Source of the DNA: Octopus vulgaris
Lineage: Eukaryota
Assembly: GCA_951406725.2 (NCBI GenBank)
Contig: OX597826.1
Coordinates: forward strand, 63,736,001 to 63,800,000
Direction of reading: 5' to 3'
DNA: 64,000 nucleotides
How positions within the stretch are numbered: the first letter of the stretch is position 1; every line of letters begins with the position of its first letter. The notes under the pieces are model-generated. The model made no database searches, was not told the DNA's origin, and was given only the letters and a program-made list of their open reading frames with translations. The position numbers were made by a program, and so were the translations under genes. Of the stretch, positions 52,598-64,000 are shown in pieces.

Positions 52598-52869
52598 TTT
52601 CCTGATTCCGTCAAGTGTTTTTCTTGTTTACAGCTTTCAATCCTCCATGTTACAAGGTTAGTCACATCTCATCGATATCAGCACAAGAGATATTTTCAGA
52701 TTTATTATTCCTTCTTGACGATAATCTGCAACAAATCTTCCTTTATAATAAAAAAAACAAAACAAAATATTACAACTAAAATTTTAATCGTATTTTTTTT
52801 ATATTATAAATTTGTTTTCATATTTTTATAGTTTCGTATTCTGGGTTTGAGAGTTTTGTCAACTGCAAC
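52598..52869. promoter_or_regulatory. Bidirectional promoter plus both 5'UTRs
   Basis: Divergent ATGs separated by 272 bp. DRE-like CATCGATA at 52670-52677. YY1-like ATGGCGGC overlaps the nucleoporin start. Confidence 0.65.
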
Positions 52870-52934
52870 ATGATGGCGGCTGGAGGAGGTTTTACGTTTG
52901 GACTCTCTCCGGCTCCAGCATTCGGTGCCACAAG
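52870..52934 (+). CDS. NUP58: First coding exon of an FG-repeat nucleoporin (MMAAGGGFTFGLSPAPAFGAT + 2 nt, phase 2), most likely NUP58; NUP62 or NUP54 not excluded on sequence alone
   Basis: caacATGATGGCG start context, FTFG and AFG motifs, donor AG|gtaacc at 52934/52935. The NUP58 assignment relies on recalled MTMR6-NUP58 adjacency in human. Confidence 0.7.
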
Positions 52935-53721
52935 GTAACCATAATTTATATCAATACTTTTATTATGTTAAAATGAAAAACGATCTTTCTTCTTGTCTCC
53001 TACGTCGTTGAATTATTTTTTATTATGATTAATGATTAATTACACTTTAAATCTTCCGAAGACAAAATTAAAGAATTTCATCAACTCTCTCTCTCTCATA
53101 ACATTCATTGATAGAAAATAAATCGATAATCGGTTTTTAAACATGAGAGTAATACAAACTATATATATATGAAATGCACTCAAAGATTTCAAGTGAAAAA
53201 CCATCATAATTTACGGATATAAAACAAGCTCGTCACATAAAATCGGTCTTTATTGTGGCCTACATTAAGGAACCAAATGTATAGCAGTTCAACTCATCAT
53301 CATTACGATGTGTTTTTCTTCATATAATCTCTATGTTTGTATTCATTAACATATAAAAAAAATCTATTAGTCCTAGTTAATTGCCATTTTATTTTCACTA
53401 TAAAGTTTTATTCTATAAAGTTCATTTGATAGCAAATACGTGTTTTATTTGTTCGTAAATAATTACGTAAAAAATGACTTCATACAAATGAATTCGTTAT
53501 ATTTAAGAAGGGAAGAAACTCTTATTTATTTCTATGAAATACAGTATGTGACTTATATATTTTTCAGAGCGGGAAAAATTATTAAAGATTTATTTACTGT
53601 TTGATTACTTTATAAAAATGTATGGTTTGTTATGAAATATAGAATTCGGTAAAATGCCTTGGCATGAAAATCGGTTAAATCTAGGCCTTTAAGTCACTCT
53701 TGTTGCTTCTTAGCAGATGTA

Positions 53722-54189
53722 CTAATACTCAGGTTTTGTATATTGAATTCTAAATTTCCTGTTTCTAGAATCATGTTATATTTTCATTACCAACCTGGCT
53801 CTGAGTACAAATGTCTTGTTTTCATAAGTTTTGAATTAGAATCTTCCACCAAACCTTAGTCACAATTTATGTTCCTATCACTAGCTTAATGATAACTAAG
53901 TTATTTTACATACATCGCCCTAATACTCAGGTTTTGTATATTGAATTCTAAATTTCCTGTTTCTAGATAGAACCATGTTATATTTTCATTACCAACCTGG
54001 CTCTGAGTACAAATGTCTTGTTTTCATAAGTTTTGAATTAAAATCTTCCACCAAACCTTAGTCACAATTTATGTTCCTATCACTAGCTTAATGATAACTA
54101 AGTTATTTTTACTAAATTCTTTCTTATATTTAAAGTAATTGAAAGAAATACAATGCATCTCAAAATAAATACAGTAACGAAAGGGTTAA
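53722..54189 (+). repeat. ~190-bp near-identical tandem duplication ending in a TTAA-type MITE
   Basis: 53722-53909 is near-identical to 53920-54112 with a 10-nt spacer; the second copy continues to gtaacgaaagggttaa. Confidence 0.9.
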
Positions 54190-54841
54190 CTTCTTTTAAA
54201 CGTGAAAATCTCAAACGTTTAAAAAAATAACAATTCTAGCTTCATATATTCTAACCACATCCAAACAGTTTGAAATCCTGTGTAAAAAAATTCATGTAAA
54301 ACGGAAAATTGTGCGACTTGTAAGCAGTTCAAGTGTGGTCAATGTACTCTTACATGTGATGCACATATGCACCATACATGCACATGTTATGGATTAATAC
54401 ATTGCAGGTGTCAAATCTGAATTGAAACACTCTTCTAAATGCTTTACAATGTTGCCATATTTACGAAACTAATACGGATATAATTGAATCCTTGGTCACC
54501 GTGGAGGTTGGTTTCGCTACCAGGCAGTTTACAAACGTCATAAATATAGCTGTTTCTACCTCGTATCGTCTTCGATGTGGTGTCGAAGCGTTATTGAGAT
54601 GCCAACTGACCATCGACAACCAGAAAGACCTCGTATCACCACAGCCATATTGTGAGACATGCGTAAAACAGTTTTTACTCTGCCACGGACACCACTTCCT
54701 TGGAAACATTCATCAATGTTTCCGCAAATAATCTCCTTTGCAATCATAACATAAGTATACCTGCCCCTGGGGGCACAAATTTTCAACAAAAACTGCTTAG
54801 ATGATGTAGATTCAGAGTATATAGGGATTTATGGGAAATAA

Positions 54842-55473
54842 TTTTTCCGAGTGGGTAGGGAGATGAGTTTCGGAAAATTCACACGATTCTTTTTTTTTTC
54901 TTTCATAACTTTCAGGAAAATGGATATCTTTTAGTGAAATTTTATTCAAATACCTTTCAAACAGTATAAATTATGATTATCAAAAAATTTGTGGGGGAAT
55001 TTATCATTCCATAAAATGTGTTTAATAGATTGAAAGAAAATAATACAAGTGAGAGGTGAAAACGTGGGGGAGATGTGCTAGGAACGACAGCCAAATCCCC
55101 CTCTACCTTTTCTTCTGAAAATATTTACATTTTTAATCACATGGTTAAAAAAATTGGTCCGGAATCGGGGTGGGGGAGGTGAAAAAAAATTTTTTTTCAT
55201 ATAAAGATGCCTCCCGCACATTATTTCGAAGGATATTGTGAAATTAAAAAAATGGGGGAAATCCCCGTCAAAACGGAGTAGTTCCAACTTATATGGTCTT
55301 CCTAATCCAAAAATCTGTTTCTCCAAAAATTTCTTTATAATGGTTAATCTATGCCGTTTGAAAGGTATTTGTATGAAATTTCATTAAAAGATACTCATTT
55401 TCCTGAAAGTTATGAGGGGGAAAAGGTCGGATTGTGTGAATTTTCCGAAAAACCTCTCTACCGCTCGGAAAAA
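54842..55473. mobile_element. Element with ~130-bp internal inverted repeats (non-autonomous DNA or Helitron-like repeat)
   Basis: About 54842-54973 is the reverse complement of about 55345-55473 (cggaaaattcacac..cataactttcaggaaaatg..aaatacctttcaaac). A partial third copy is at about 55495-55540 and a diverged related segment at about 56440-56570. Confidence 0.6.
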
Positions 55474-56298
55474 TTCTTCAGCGGTATTTGTTGGAATTTT
55501 CGTTAAAAAGTATCCATTTTTTTCTGGAAATTATGAAGCAACTAAGTCGAGGTGGGGTACACATCTGTAGTTATGCCCATGAGAGATCGGCTATATATTA
55601 ATTTCCGAAAGAAGGCCTCTCGTGTATTTGTATTCAATTTGTCTGTCGAATATGTATGGAAAGTAACGACGTCCAGTGCAAAACAGAAGGGATCACATGG
55701 AAACGGCGTGCTACATTCACCCAATTAACAAATAAATCGTAGTTTACACGAACAACTACCGTTTTATGTGCATAGACATCGAACACCTTAGGGTAATACA
55801 CACGTGTTGTGCAAGTAATACTGTATGAAGTAATTAATCGAGCTTGTGATTAATTAAAACTAATTCAACTGACTCGATCCCAGTTTTATAATATACTTCA
55901 TAAACAATAACAATTATACCGAATAATTTTGTAATGCACTTAATTTCGTCTAATGTACTATGCAATTCTGTGTCGCTACTAATCTACCCATTCATACAAG
56001 CTATGGAAACGCCATGGCGTATGAATGAGTCAAATTTCAACGAAGCTAGTTAGTTAGAAAGATAGCTATCCAGCTTTTCGTGTCTGCAGCTGACCACCTG
56101 CAACTGGGGAGATCTCGTGTCATAGCAATCCTAATGAGACAGCCATATTGGTAGTCATGTGATAGACACGTGTCCTTATATCTGTCCATCTATCTCTTTG
56201 TTTATATTGAATAAAAAAAAAAATACATATCTCCAACAATTATAGTATGGCACAAAATAATTTTGCCTGCGGGCGGGGTGACGTTTAAAATACATTTT

Positions 56299-56335
<37 letters not shown>

Positions 56336-58559
56336 AAAAATTTGGATTACATGTTTCCGGAATACGGAATATAATGAGGTGGCCGGGGGGGGGGGGGCGA
56401 TCACTTTTCAATGATGACTGCCGTGAGGTGGTAGAGAGATGGGGGTGGTTAAGAAAATCACGGATTAAAAAATTTGTTTCAGAAGAGGCTTCTCCTCATC
56501 ACTTTGAAATACGTGGTGCAAAAAAGCAATTTGAAAAAATCCCTGCGGAAACAGAAAACCCAACTTATATTCTTTTATTCGGTTAATGTTTCAGTCGTTT
56601 GACTGCGGTCATGCTGGAGCACTGCCTTTAGTCGAACAAATCAACCCCAGAACTTATTCTTTGTGAGCCTAGTACTTATTCCATCGGGCTCTTTTACCAA
56701 ACTGCTAAGTTACGAGGACGTAAACCTATCAGCATCGGTTGTCAAGCGATGTTGGGGAGACAAACGCAGACACACAAACATATATATATATATATACACA
56801 TATATACAACGGGCTTCTTTCAGTTTCTGTCTACCAAATCCACTCACAAGGCTTTGGTCAACCCGAGGCTATAGTAGAAGACACTTGCCCAAAGTGCCAT
56901 ACAGTGGGACTGAACCCGGAACTATGTGGTTGGTAAGCAAGCTATTCACCACACAGCCACTCCTGAAATTGCATCTACACATTCTTTGCAACCGGTCATA
57001 TTTATACATATTAGTGGGGAGGGGGCTGTCCGTTTACTGTTATTTTTCAATCTGATGTGCCTCTTTTCTGAAATACTCTTTAACATGAATTTCACCACTC
57101 ATGTGAATAGAAATTTAAAATCTGCAATCTTTTGCTTCATTGTTGGTATGCATATCATCATCATTTAAAGACCATATTCCATGTTGGCATGGGTTGGACA
57201 GTTTCATAGGACCAGATATGGCTCCATTGTCTATTCTGGCATGGCTTCTGCTGGATGCCCTTCCTAGCACCAACCACTTTACAGAGTGTACTGGGTGCTT
57301 TTTACATGGCAAGGGCACCAGTATCAAATCTGCTGAGGTGGAGAGCTCTTCCTGAGTACAGCAAGGTGCCAGATATCTTGTATAAAACAGGAATAGGGAT
57401 TCAAAGAATCAGAGCTCATTGTAAGCTTCCCACCTGATTCATGGCTATCGAGAAAAACAGTGCTCAAGGATAGGATATAACCTCACCGTCATTCTGAAAA
57501 TCTAGGAATTACAATGGTAGAGAGTATATATGGCATACCTACACAAATTGTGTTGTCCTATGACTTTGTTTCTTCATAGCTTCCAGAAAAATCGATATTT
57601 TCTAGTGAAATAACTTTCTAGTATAGCTTCCAATTATATCAGAATGTTTAAAATGCGCACACATTCATACTAAATCTCAAACAGCCACACCTGCATATGC
57701 ATATGCATATATATATAGTGGAAGTTGAAAGTGCTAGCAATCAGCAGTAGGTTCAGAGATGTATTGATTGAGGCATATAACAAGATAGAAAAGATAGCGA
57801 ATTATTAGATACAGGACAGCTGCCAGTTATTCCCTGGTCTAAAATCTGTCAGAAAGAGAGCAACATGGTAGTGAAATACTTCCATAGAGCCATATCAGCT
57901 AAGAACCAGTTTCGAAAATATCTCTAAGAAAGAGGGCAGCAAAGAGTAGTATCAAGTTGGAGGAAGAAAAGCTAGATATCAGTTATTCTTAAAAGGGAAG
58001 AAGCCTAAAATCAGAATTTTGCCAGTTTTGTAAGGTGTGAGGATCAGAGACATGAGGTATTCCTAATAGAAAGAAAATTGAGATGACAATGAGGAGAAAT
58101 ATGAACTGAATGTTTATGATACTCATGCTCTCACAGTCATTGAAAACGGGGTGAGGCACAGAAAAGCAGCTAACAGGTTTTTGAATGAAAAGAATTCATG
58201 GGAGGAATGAGGGTCTACCTCAGGTACACCCAACAGATAGCCCATCCATTCAAATTCACAACAGTATGGTTGATAAGCAATTACCATTATCCCTTTTATA
58301 TTTCTTTGCCTTCCCCTTTCCTGAGCCTCTTCATATTGACTTTCACTATTCACTCTTACCATTTAGTCAGCTCAATAACTACCCATCACTCACTCCTTCA
58401 ACCACCATCTCATCCCACTAAAGTATGTGGTGTTAGGAAGGGCACTTAGCCAAAGGAAATAGTAAAATGATGGTATGTAAGAGCAATAAGTTTGAGTAAG
58501 AACTGACTTGTACCATGACAACTTGTGTAACCCATACCAACTTAAAAAGTGAATGTAAA

Positions 58560-58878
58560 ATCATCATCATCATCATCATCGTTTAATGTCCGCTTTCCAT
58601 GCTAACATGGGTTGGACGGTTCAACTGGGGTCTGGGGAGCCAGTAGGCTGCGCTAGGCCCAGTCTGATCTAGCAATGTTTCTACGTCTGGATGCCCTTCC
58701 TAATGCCAACCACTCCGTGTGTGTAGTGGGTGCTTTTTACGTGCCACCTGCACAGGTGCCAGACGAGGCTGGCAAACGGCCATGATCGGATGGTGCTTTT
58801 TACGTGCCACCGGCACGGTGGCCAGACGAGGCTAGCAACGGCCACAATCGGATGGTGCTTTTTACATGCCAACGGGAC
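58560..58878 (-). mobile_element. RTE-associated retroposon with ~60-bp units
   Basis: Same family as 7634-8203. Confidence 0.85.
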
Positions 58879-61229
58879 GGATGATAATATATAACTATGT
58901 ATGTATACAAAGCTGTAGAGTTATACTTAAAATCTTCAACTCCGTTTCACTGACTCACCTCTAATTCCTAATCATATATTTATATTGATTGAAATCACAC
59001 AATATGCATGGCCATTGTGACTCATCAAGGATATCTGTTAGCACTGTAGCCTGTGAAAGTTTGGGTTTGAAGGCTAAAGCTATGCCACTGAGGCTTTTTT
59101 TATATTATGAAAGAAGTTAGAAGCAATTAAGCATAAGACAGAACTTAGAAGGTCGTAAGGTAGAAATATATAACGGTATAAAACCTATAAAAATACTCTA
59201 CAAACAGATATCCAAAAATCTGTTTACCATTGTTGATGACAACCCACCTGGGGCCACTCTTGTTTCTATGATATAAACTTCCAGTTTTAAAGTGATCTAA
59301 ATTAAAAACTGCCATCAAAATTCCATCTTCTGAACACCAGCTTGATAATCACATAGCTTTTTTATTAAGTTCATCATTGTTTTAAAATTAATTGAAACAA
59401 AGGCAAGAGTATTTTAATAGACATATCATAACAAAAGAGTTAAAATTATACAGTTGAGCACCTAAAGCAATTTAGAAAATGTGACCACCTCTCCTTTGCA
59501 TTTGTAGCAGTTGACAGTTGTACTGCTATACCTATCTCTCGATATGACACATGACACCTTCCTATATTGCCTGGTTGACTAGCTTAAACCATACTTCACC
59601 AGATATTTTCAGCATCCCAGCAACTATGTCTGATGGATCTGCTGCTTTCATATATCATTTATGACATTTAACTACATATTGTATGTAATTGTGTGTAAAT
59701 ACAGAGGTAGCAAGCTGGTAGAATTGTTAGCGCCTTGGACAAAAGGCTTTGTGGCATCTTTTCTGGTTCTTTGTGTTCTGAGTTTGAACCCCATTGAAGT
59801 CAACTCTGCCTTTTATCCCTTCAGTGTTGATAAAGTATCAAATACTGAACTCAATGTAACCCATTTGTTCTCTCCCCTAAAATTGCTAAGTTTTGAACCC
59901 TGCAATGGACTGGTGTACCATTTGGAGGGAATATTGTGATATTATTTTACTTGGTTGCAGTCAAATGACAGAAACCTGCTTGAACCCCACCTTGAGGGGT
60001 TTTAGTCAAACAAATCAACCCCAGGACTTTGTAAGCCTAGTACTTATTCTATGTCACTTTTGTCAAACCACTAAATTACAGATATGTAAAAACACCAACA
60101 CTGGTTGTCAAGCAGTGATGGGTGGTGGGGGACAAACATAGACAAAAAGGCACGCACATACACACACATATGCATGACAGGCTTCTTTCAGTTTCCCTCT
60201 ACCAAATCCACTCACAAGGCTTCGGTTAGCTGGAGGCTATGGTGGAAGACACTTGCGCAATGCATCACAGAATGGGACTGAACCTGGAACAATGTGGTTG
60301 GAAGGCAAGCTTCTTACCGCACAACAGCACCTGTCAAACATTAACTGATTGCTTTAACCCTTTTGATATCAGTCTGCCTGAGACCACCCCTGGTTCAATG
60401 ATATAAACTCTCAGGTTTAAAGTCGTCTTCTTCTTAGGCATCTTGATTCCTCAGGGAAGATAGGGCTGCCAGGTTTAAAGTGATATAAATTAAAATCTCC
60501 TATCAAAATCTCATCAATTTTTCTTCTAATCACCAGCTTAATAATGAAAATGTTAAATTCTACATTAATTCTTCATTATTTACAAAACTAATTGAAACAA
60601 AGGCAGCCGATTTTAATTGAAATATGTTAACAAAAGGATTAAATTTTAATTATGATATTGTGAATGGTTGTTTGTTCAGTCAATCAGTTTGTTAGCATGT
60701 TAACATTTTGTACACATTTTTCTTGTCATTTTTAGTCTTAAATTTTTTTAATTAATTCAAACACTATAAAACTCCTGCTTATTCCTTTGCTCTTTAGGGC
60801 TTGACAAAAAAGCTATTAGGATTTTTTAGCCTCAAGATTCAAAATTCAATCCTACTTGAGTAAGTGTCTTCCCCTATTGCCCTGGTCTGACCGAAGCTGT
60901 GTGAATGGATTTGATTTCACTTCCATCGAAAATATGTCTGTCCGCAAGGAAGTATTATTTTGCATGGAAGCAAGTGAAGGTTGGTGACACAAAGGGTTAT
61001 AAAGAATTAACAACTTGCTTCAAGTGCACCAAATACAGGCAGCAAATCCACTTGAGTGATAAACCCAAAAGAAACAGCAGAGAAATATTGGGTACTTTAT
61101 CTCTCTCTCTCTCTCTTTCTCTCTGCTCTTATATATCTATCTACATATATATATATATAGATGATAGAGAGAGAAATATTTAAGTATTTATTGTTTGTAG
61201 ATAATTTATTTATTCACATCATTGTTTGG

Positions 61230-61730
61230 CACCCATGCCAACCTCTCTTCATTGGACACTAAACTCTGCTTGTGAAGACCTGTTGGGGCAAGTGAAATCG
61301 GACTCCTGTGCAGGTGGCAAGTAAAAAAACAGTTTCGACCCTGTACTTGAGGAGACCTATTGAGTCAAGTACATCAACATCAAAAATCAATGGAAATTGT
61401 AGTTGTAATCCCTGTGCTGGTGGCACGTAAAAAGCACCATCCGAATGTGGCCAATGCCAGCGCCGCCTTGATTGGCTTCCGTGCCTGTGGCACGTAAAAA
61501 GCACCAACTGATTGTGGCCGTTGCCAGCCTCGCCTGGCACCTGTGTCAGTGGCACGTAAAAAGCTCCCGCTACATTCACGGAGTGGTTGGCGTTAGGAGG
61601 GGCATCCAGCTGTAGAAACACTGCCAGATCAGACTGGAGTCTGGTGCAGCCTTCTGGCTTCCCAGATCCCGGTCGAACCATCCAACCCATGCTAGCATGG
61701 AAAACGGACGTTAAACGATGATGATGATTG
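61230..61730 (+). mobile_element. RTE-associated retroposon, longer 5' version
   Basis: Shares acatcaatggaa(a)ttgta with the 7634 copy, plus the tandem units and (GAT)n tail. Confidence 0.85.
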
Positions 61731-62378
61731 ATTATACCTAGATTGTTGTGAGTAGATTTAGTACCAATGGCAAAAAGTACTTTGTCGTGACAGAGACATG
61801 AGAGAGAAAATTTAAGCTGAGACCAGTAAAAAAAAAATTATTGCATGATTGGAGTGGTTACAGTAGTACCAGTTCTGGTGTTGGGGATGTTTAGATAATG
61901 GAAGTAAAAAAAGTACACTGCTGTGTGGACTAAAAGGATCCAAATATTCTCTGTTAACATCAGTACAGCAGCATAGTACTACTGGAGGGAGCAATACTGT
62001 TAGATGGTACTAAAGTTGTGTTATCTGTTGACAGCTGATGAAGTTAATGTCTTGCAATGTAAACTATATGTAAATTATGTGTAATATTCTATGTAATTAT
62101 AAGATAGGTTAGCAGAATTGTTAACACATTGAGTAAAATGCTTGGCAGTATTTCATCCATCCTTATGTTCTAAGTTCAAATTCCACCAAGATCAACTTTG
62201 CCTTTCAATCTTTCAGGGTTGATGAAACAAGTAACAGTTGAGCACTGGGGTCAGTGTAATTGACTTGGCTCTTCTCTTGAAATTGCTGGCCTTGTGCCAA
62301 AATCTATAATAATAAATGCCAAAAACGAATTTCTGTGTGTCAGTGTGTCACACTTTGACTCCCTTTCTCACTATTCAG

Positions 62379-62406
62379 TGACACTTCTTCTACTCCTCTT
62401 GCTGGG
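62379..62406 (+). CDS. Possible 28-nt second exon of the nucleoporin (S DTSSTPLAG)
   Basis: tttgactccctttctcactattcag| acceptor and |gtaaga donor. Open in the phase-2 frame left by exon 1 and Ser/Thr-rich, but short enough to arise by chance. Confidence 0.25.
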
Positions 62407-64000
62407 GTAAGAGTAATAGTAGGCATAGAGAAGGTGAGGGCAGTAGTAGATTGACAGTTGAGATGGTAATGGAGCAACCAGGAATCAAAAGCAGACGTTT
62501 TAGTCATAGAAATTGAATTGACTTATCTAAAGTATCTTGAGTGTTAATTTTTTGTTTTATTGAGTAAATTTCTCTGGATCTTTTGTCTTTGATTTTCTTG
62601 TATAATGGTAATTAATATCACCAGCAGTGAGTTAGAATTTGATTTTTTCCAAACTCACTCTCGTCATTTAATGTTAATAACTGGGTGATGTGAATGGTTT
62701 AATCAATCCTAAATAGTATGTGATTTATCTTTTGATAATATTCTAATTATACTTGAAGCAAATGAGCTTTATACCACTTTGTATTTCAAACTTCTAAGCC
62801 CTATATTGAACATCATTTAATGTCCACCTTGCATGCTAGCATGGATGGGACGGTTTCACAAGAGCCAGCCAGGCAGAAGCCTGCACCAGACTTCTTTGAC
62901 TGTTTTAGCAGGATTTTTACAGCTGGTTGCCCTTCTTAACACCAACCACTCATCAGTGTGGACTTAGTGCTTTTTGTGTGGCACAAGCACAGGTGAGGTC
63001 AGTTTTGGCAAGGTTTTTACAGCTGGATGCCCTTCTGAACACCAACCACATTAGTGTGAACTGGATGCTTTAAAGTGGCACCTACACTGACAGGGTCACC
63101 AAGTACTTGCAAGACAAAGAAAAAACTTAAGAGGGGTGAGGGCATTGGAGGAGGTGATCTTGTGTTGGATAATGAAAGGTTATAGTGAGACAGAGAGACA
63201 GAAACAGGTGTGCCACTGCATGACTGGGATCAGAATATAAATGGGATGGTTGAGTAAAGGAAGAGAGAGATATAGATGGTAGCAAGTACCAGGGCATACC
63301 TTTGAGGTTTGAACACCATAATATAAGTGGCAGGATATTGCTAAGGCAATGTGATTAAATAGTGCGGAGCGGGGTGAGTGGCAAAAACTTGGGTATATAT
63401 AGTTGGTTGTGGGGGGCTACCAGATAGCAATGATACAGAGGAACAGGGCTGTGTGGACAGGATTAAGGAGTGAGAGCTAGGCATAGTGTATGACGGAGGA
63501 AATGTGAGGAAGAGAAGAGATGTGGAAATGTAGATTTGTTTGTTGGGGTAGGTGAGCAAAAATGTTTTCTTGTTACGTATTACCCCCGTATTTTGCGCCC
63601 AGACTGACACCCTCTGAAATTCTCTGTAGATACTGAAAAGTAAATAATTATATGCACAAGTGTTAACACACTGCTTGTTAAACAACTATTTCATTTGGGT
63701 TCCATATCAGCTTTTCCTTCAAATCATATTTCGGTAAGTAATATCCATTAACGTAGATTTAATGGAAATTAGGAGAGTGATATTTTATTAATTCACTGGT
63801 ATTTACATTTTGAATAGGAAGGAGATACAAAGTTGACTCTCTATCCTGCACCCACTCGGGAGTAGTTAATCCCACTAGAGATTTCAGAACATTTTAATTT
63901 GGAGCGTTGCTATTCCTTACAACACTCTGCCATTTGTTTTAATGTTAACAGGAAAGTCTCTAGAATTTCTGTGTATGTTTTGTGTTTTAATATTTGTAAT

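Noticed and set aside
52384-52831. ORFs of 93 and 115 aa over the promoter
   Set aside because: The coding signal is the 24-nt spliced exon in another frame; these ORFs run through intron and UTR sequence.

Overview
AT-rich, repeat-dense animal genomic DNA. The SINE/LINE/MITE content resembles octopus repeat families as I recall them, so the organism is an inference. Almost all ORFs in the supplied track are repeat or microsatellite artefacts. The real genic signal is a head-to-head pair sharing a ~270 bp intergenic region. On the minus strand is a 24-nt first coding exon MEFIRTSK (52574-52597), matching the first exon of myotubularin-related MTMR6/7/8 (human MTMR6 begins MEHIRTTK). On the plus strand is the first coding exon of an FG nucleoporin, MMAAGGGFTFGLSPAPAFGAT (52870-52934), most likely NUP58, which from memory is also the divergent neighbour of MTMR6 in human. 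I found no MTMR exon 2 by eye, so 1-52573 appears to be one very long first intron. Within it are a probable alternative first exon (MGNILEIDGLPDQLIRLQ, same splice phase), a candidate recursive splice site (branch point, pyrimidine tract, CAG|GTAAGC at 2084/2083), a perfect RFX X-box and several long fold-back inverted repeats. The rest is tRNA-derived SINEs, RTE and R4/Dong LINE remnants, Penelope-like remnants with decayed hammerhead-like cores, Tc1/mariner, hAT and TTAA-type MITEs, and microsatellites. All calls were made by eye with no database search; repeat boundaries are approximate.
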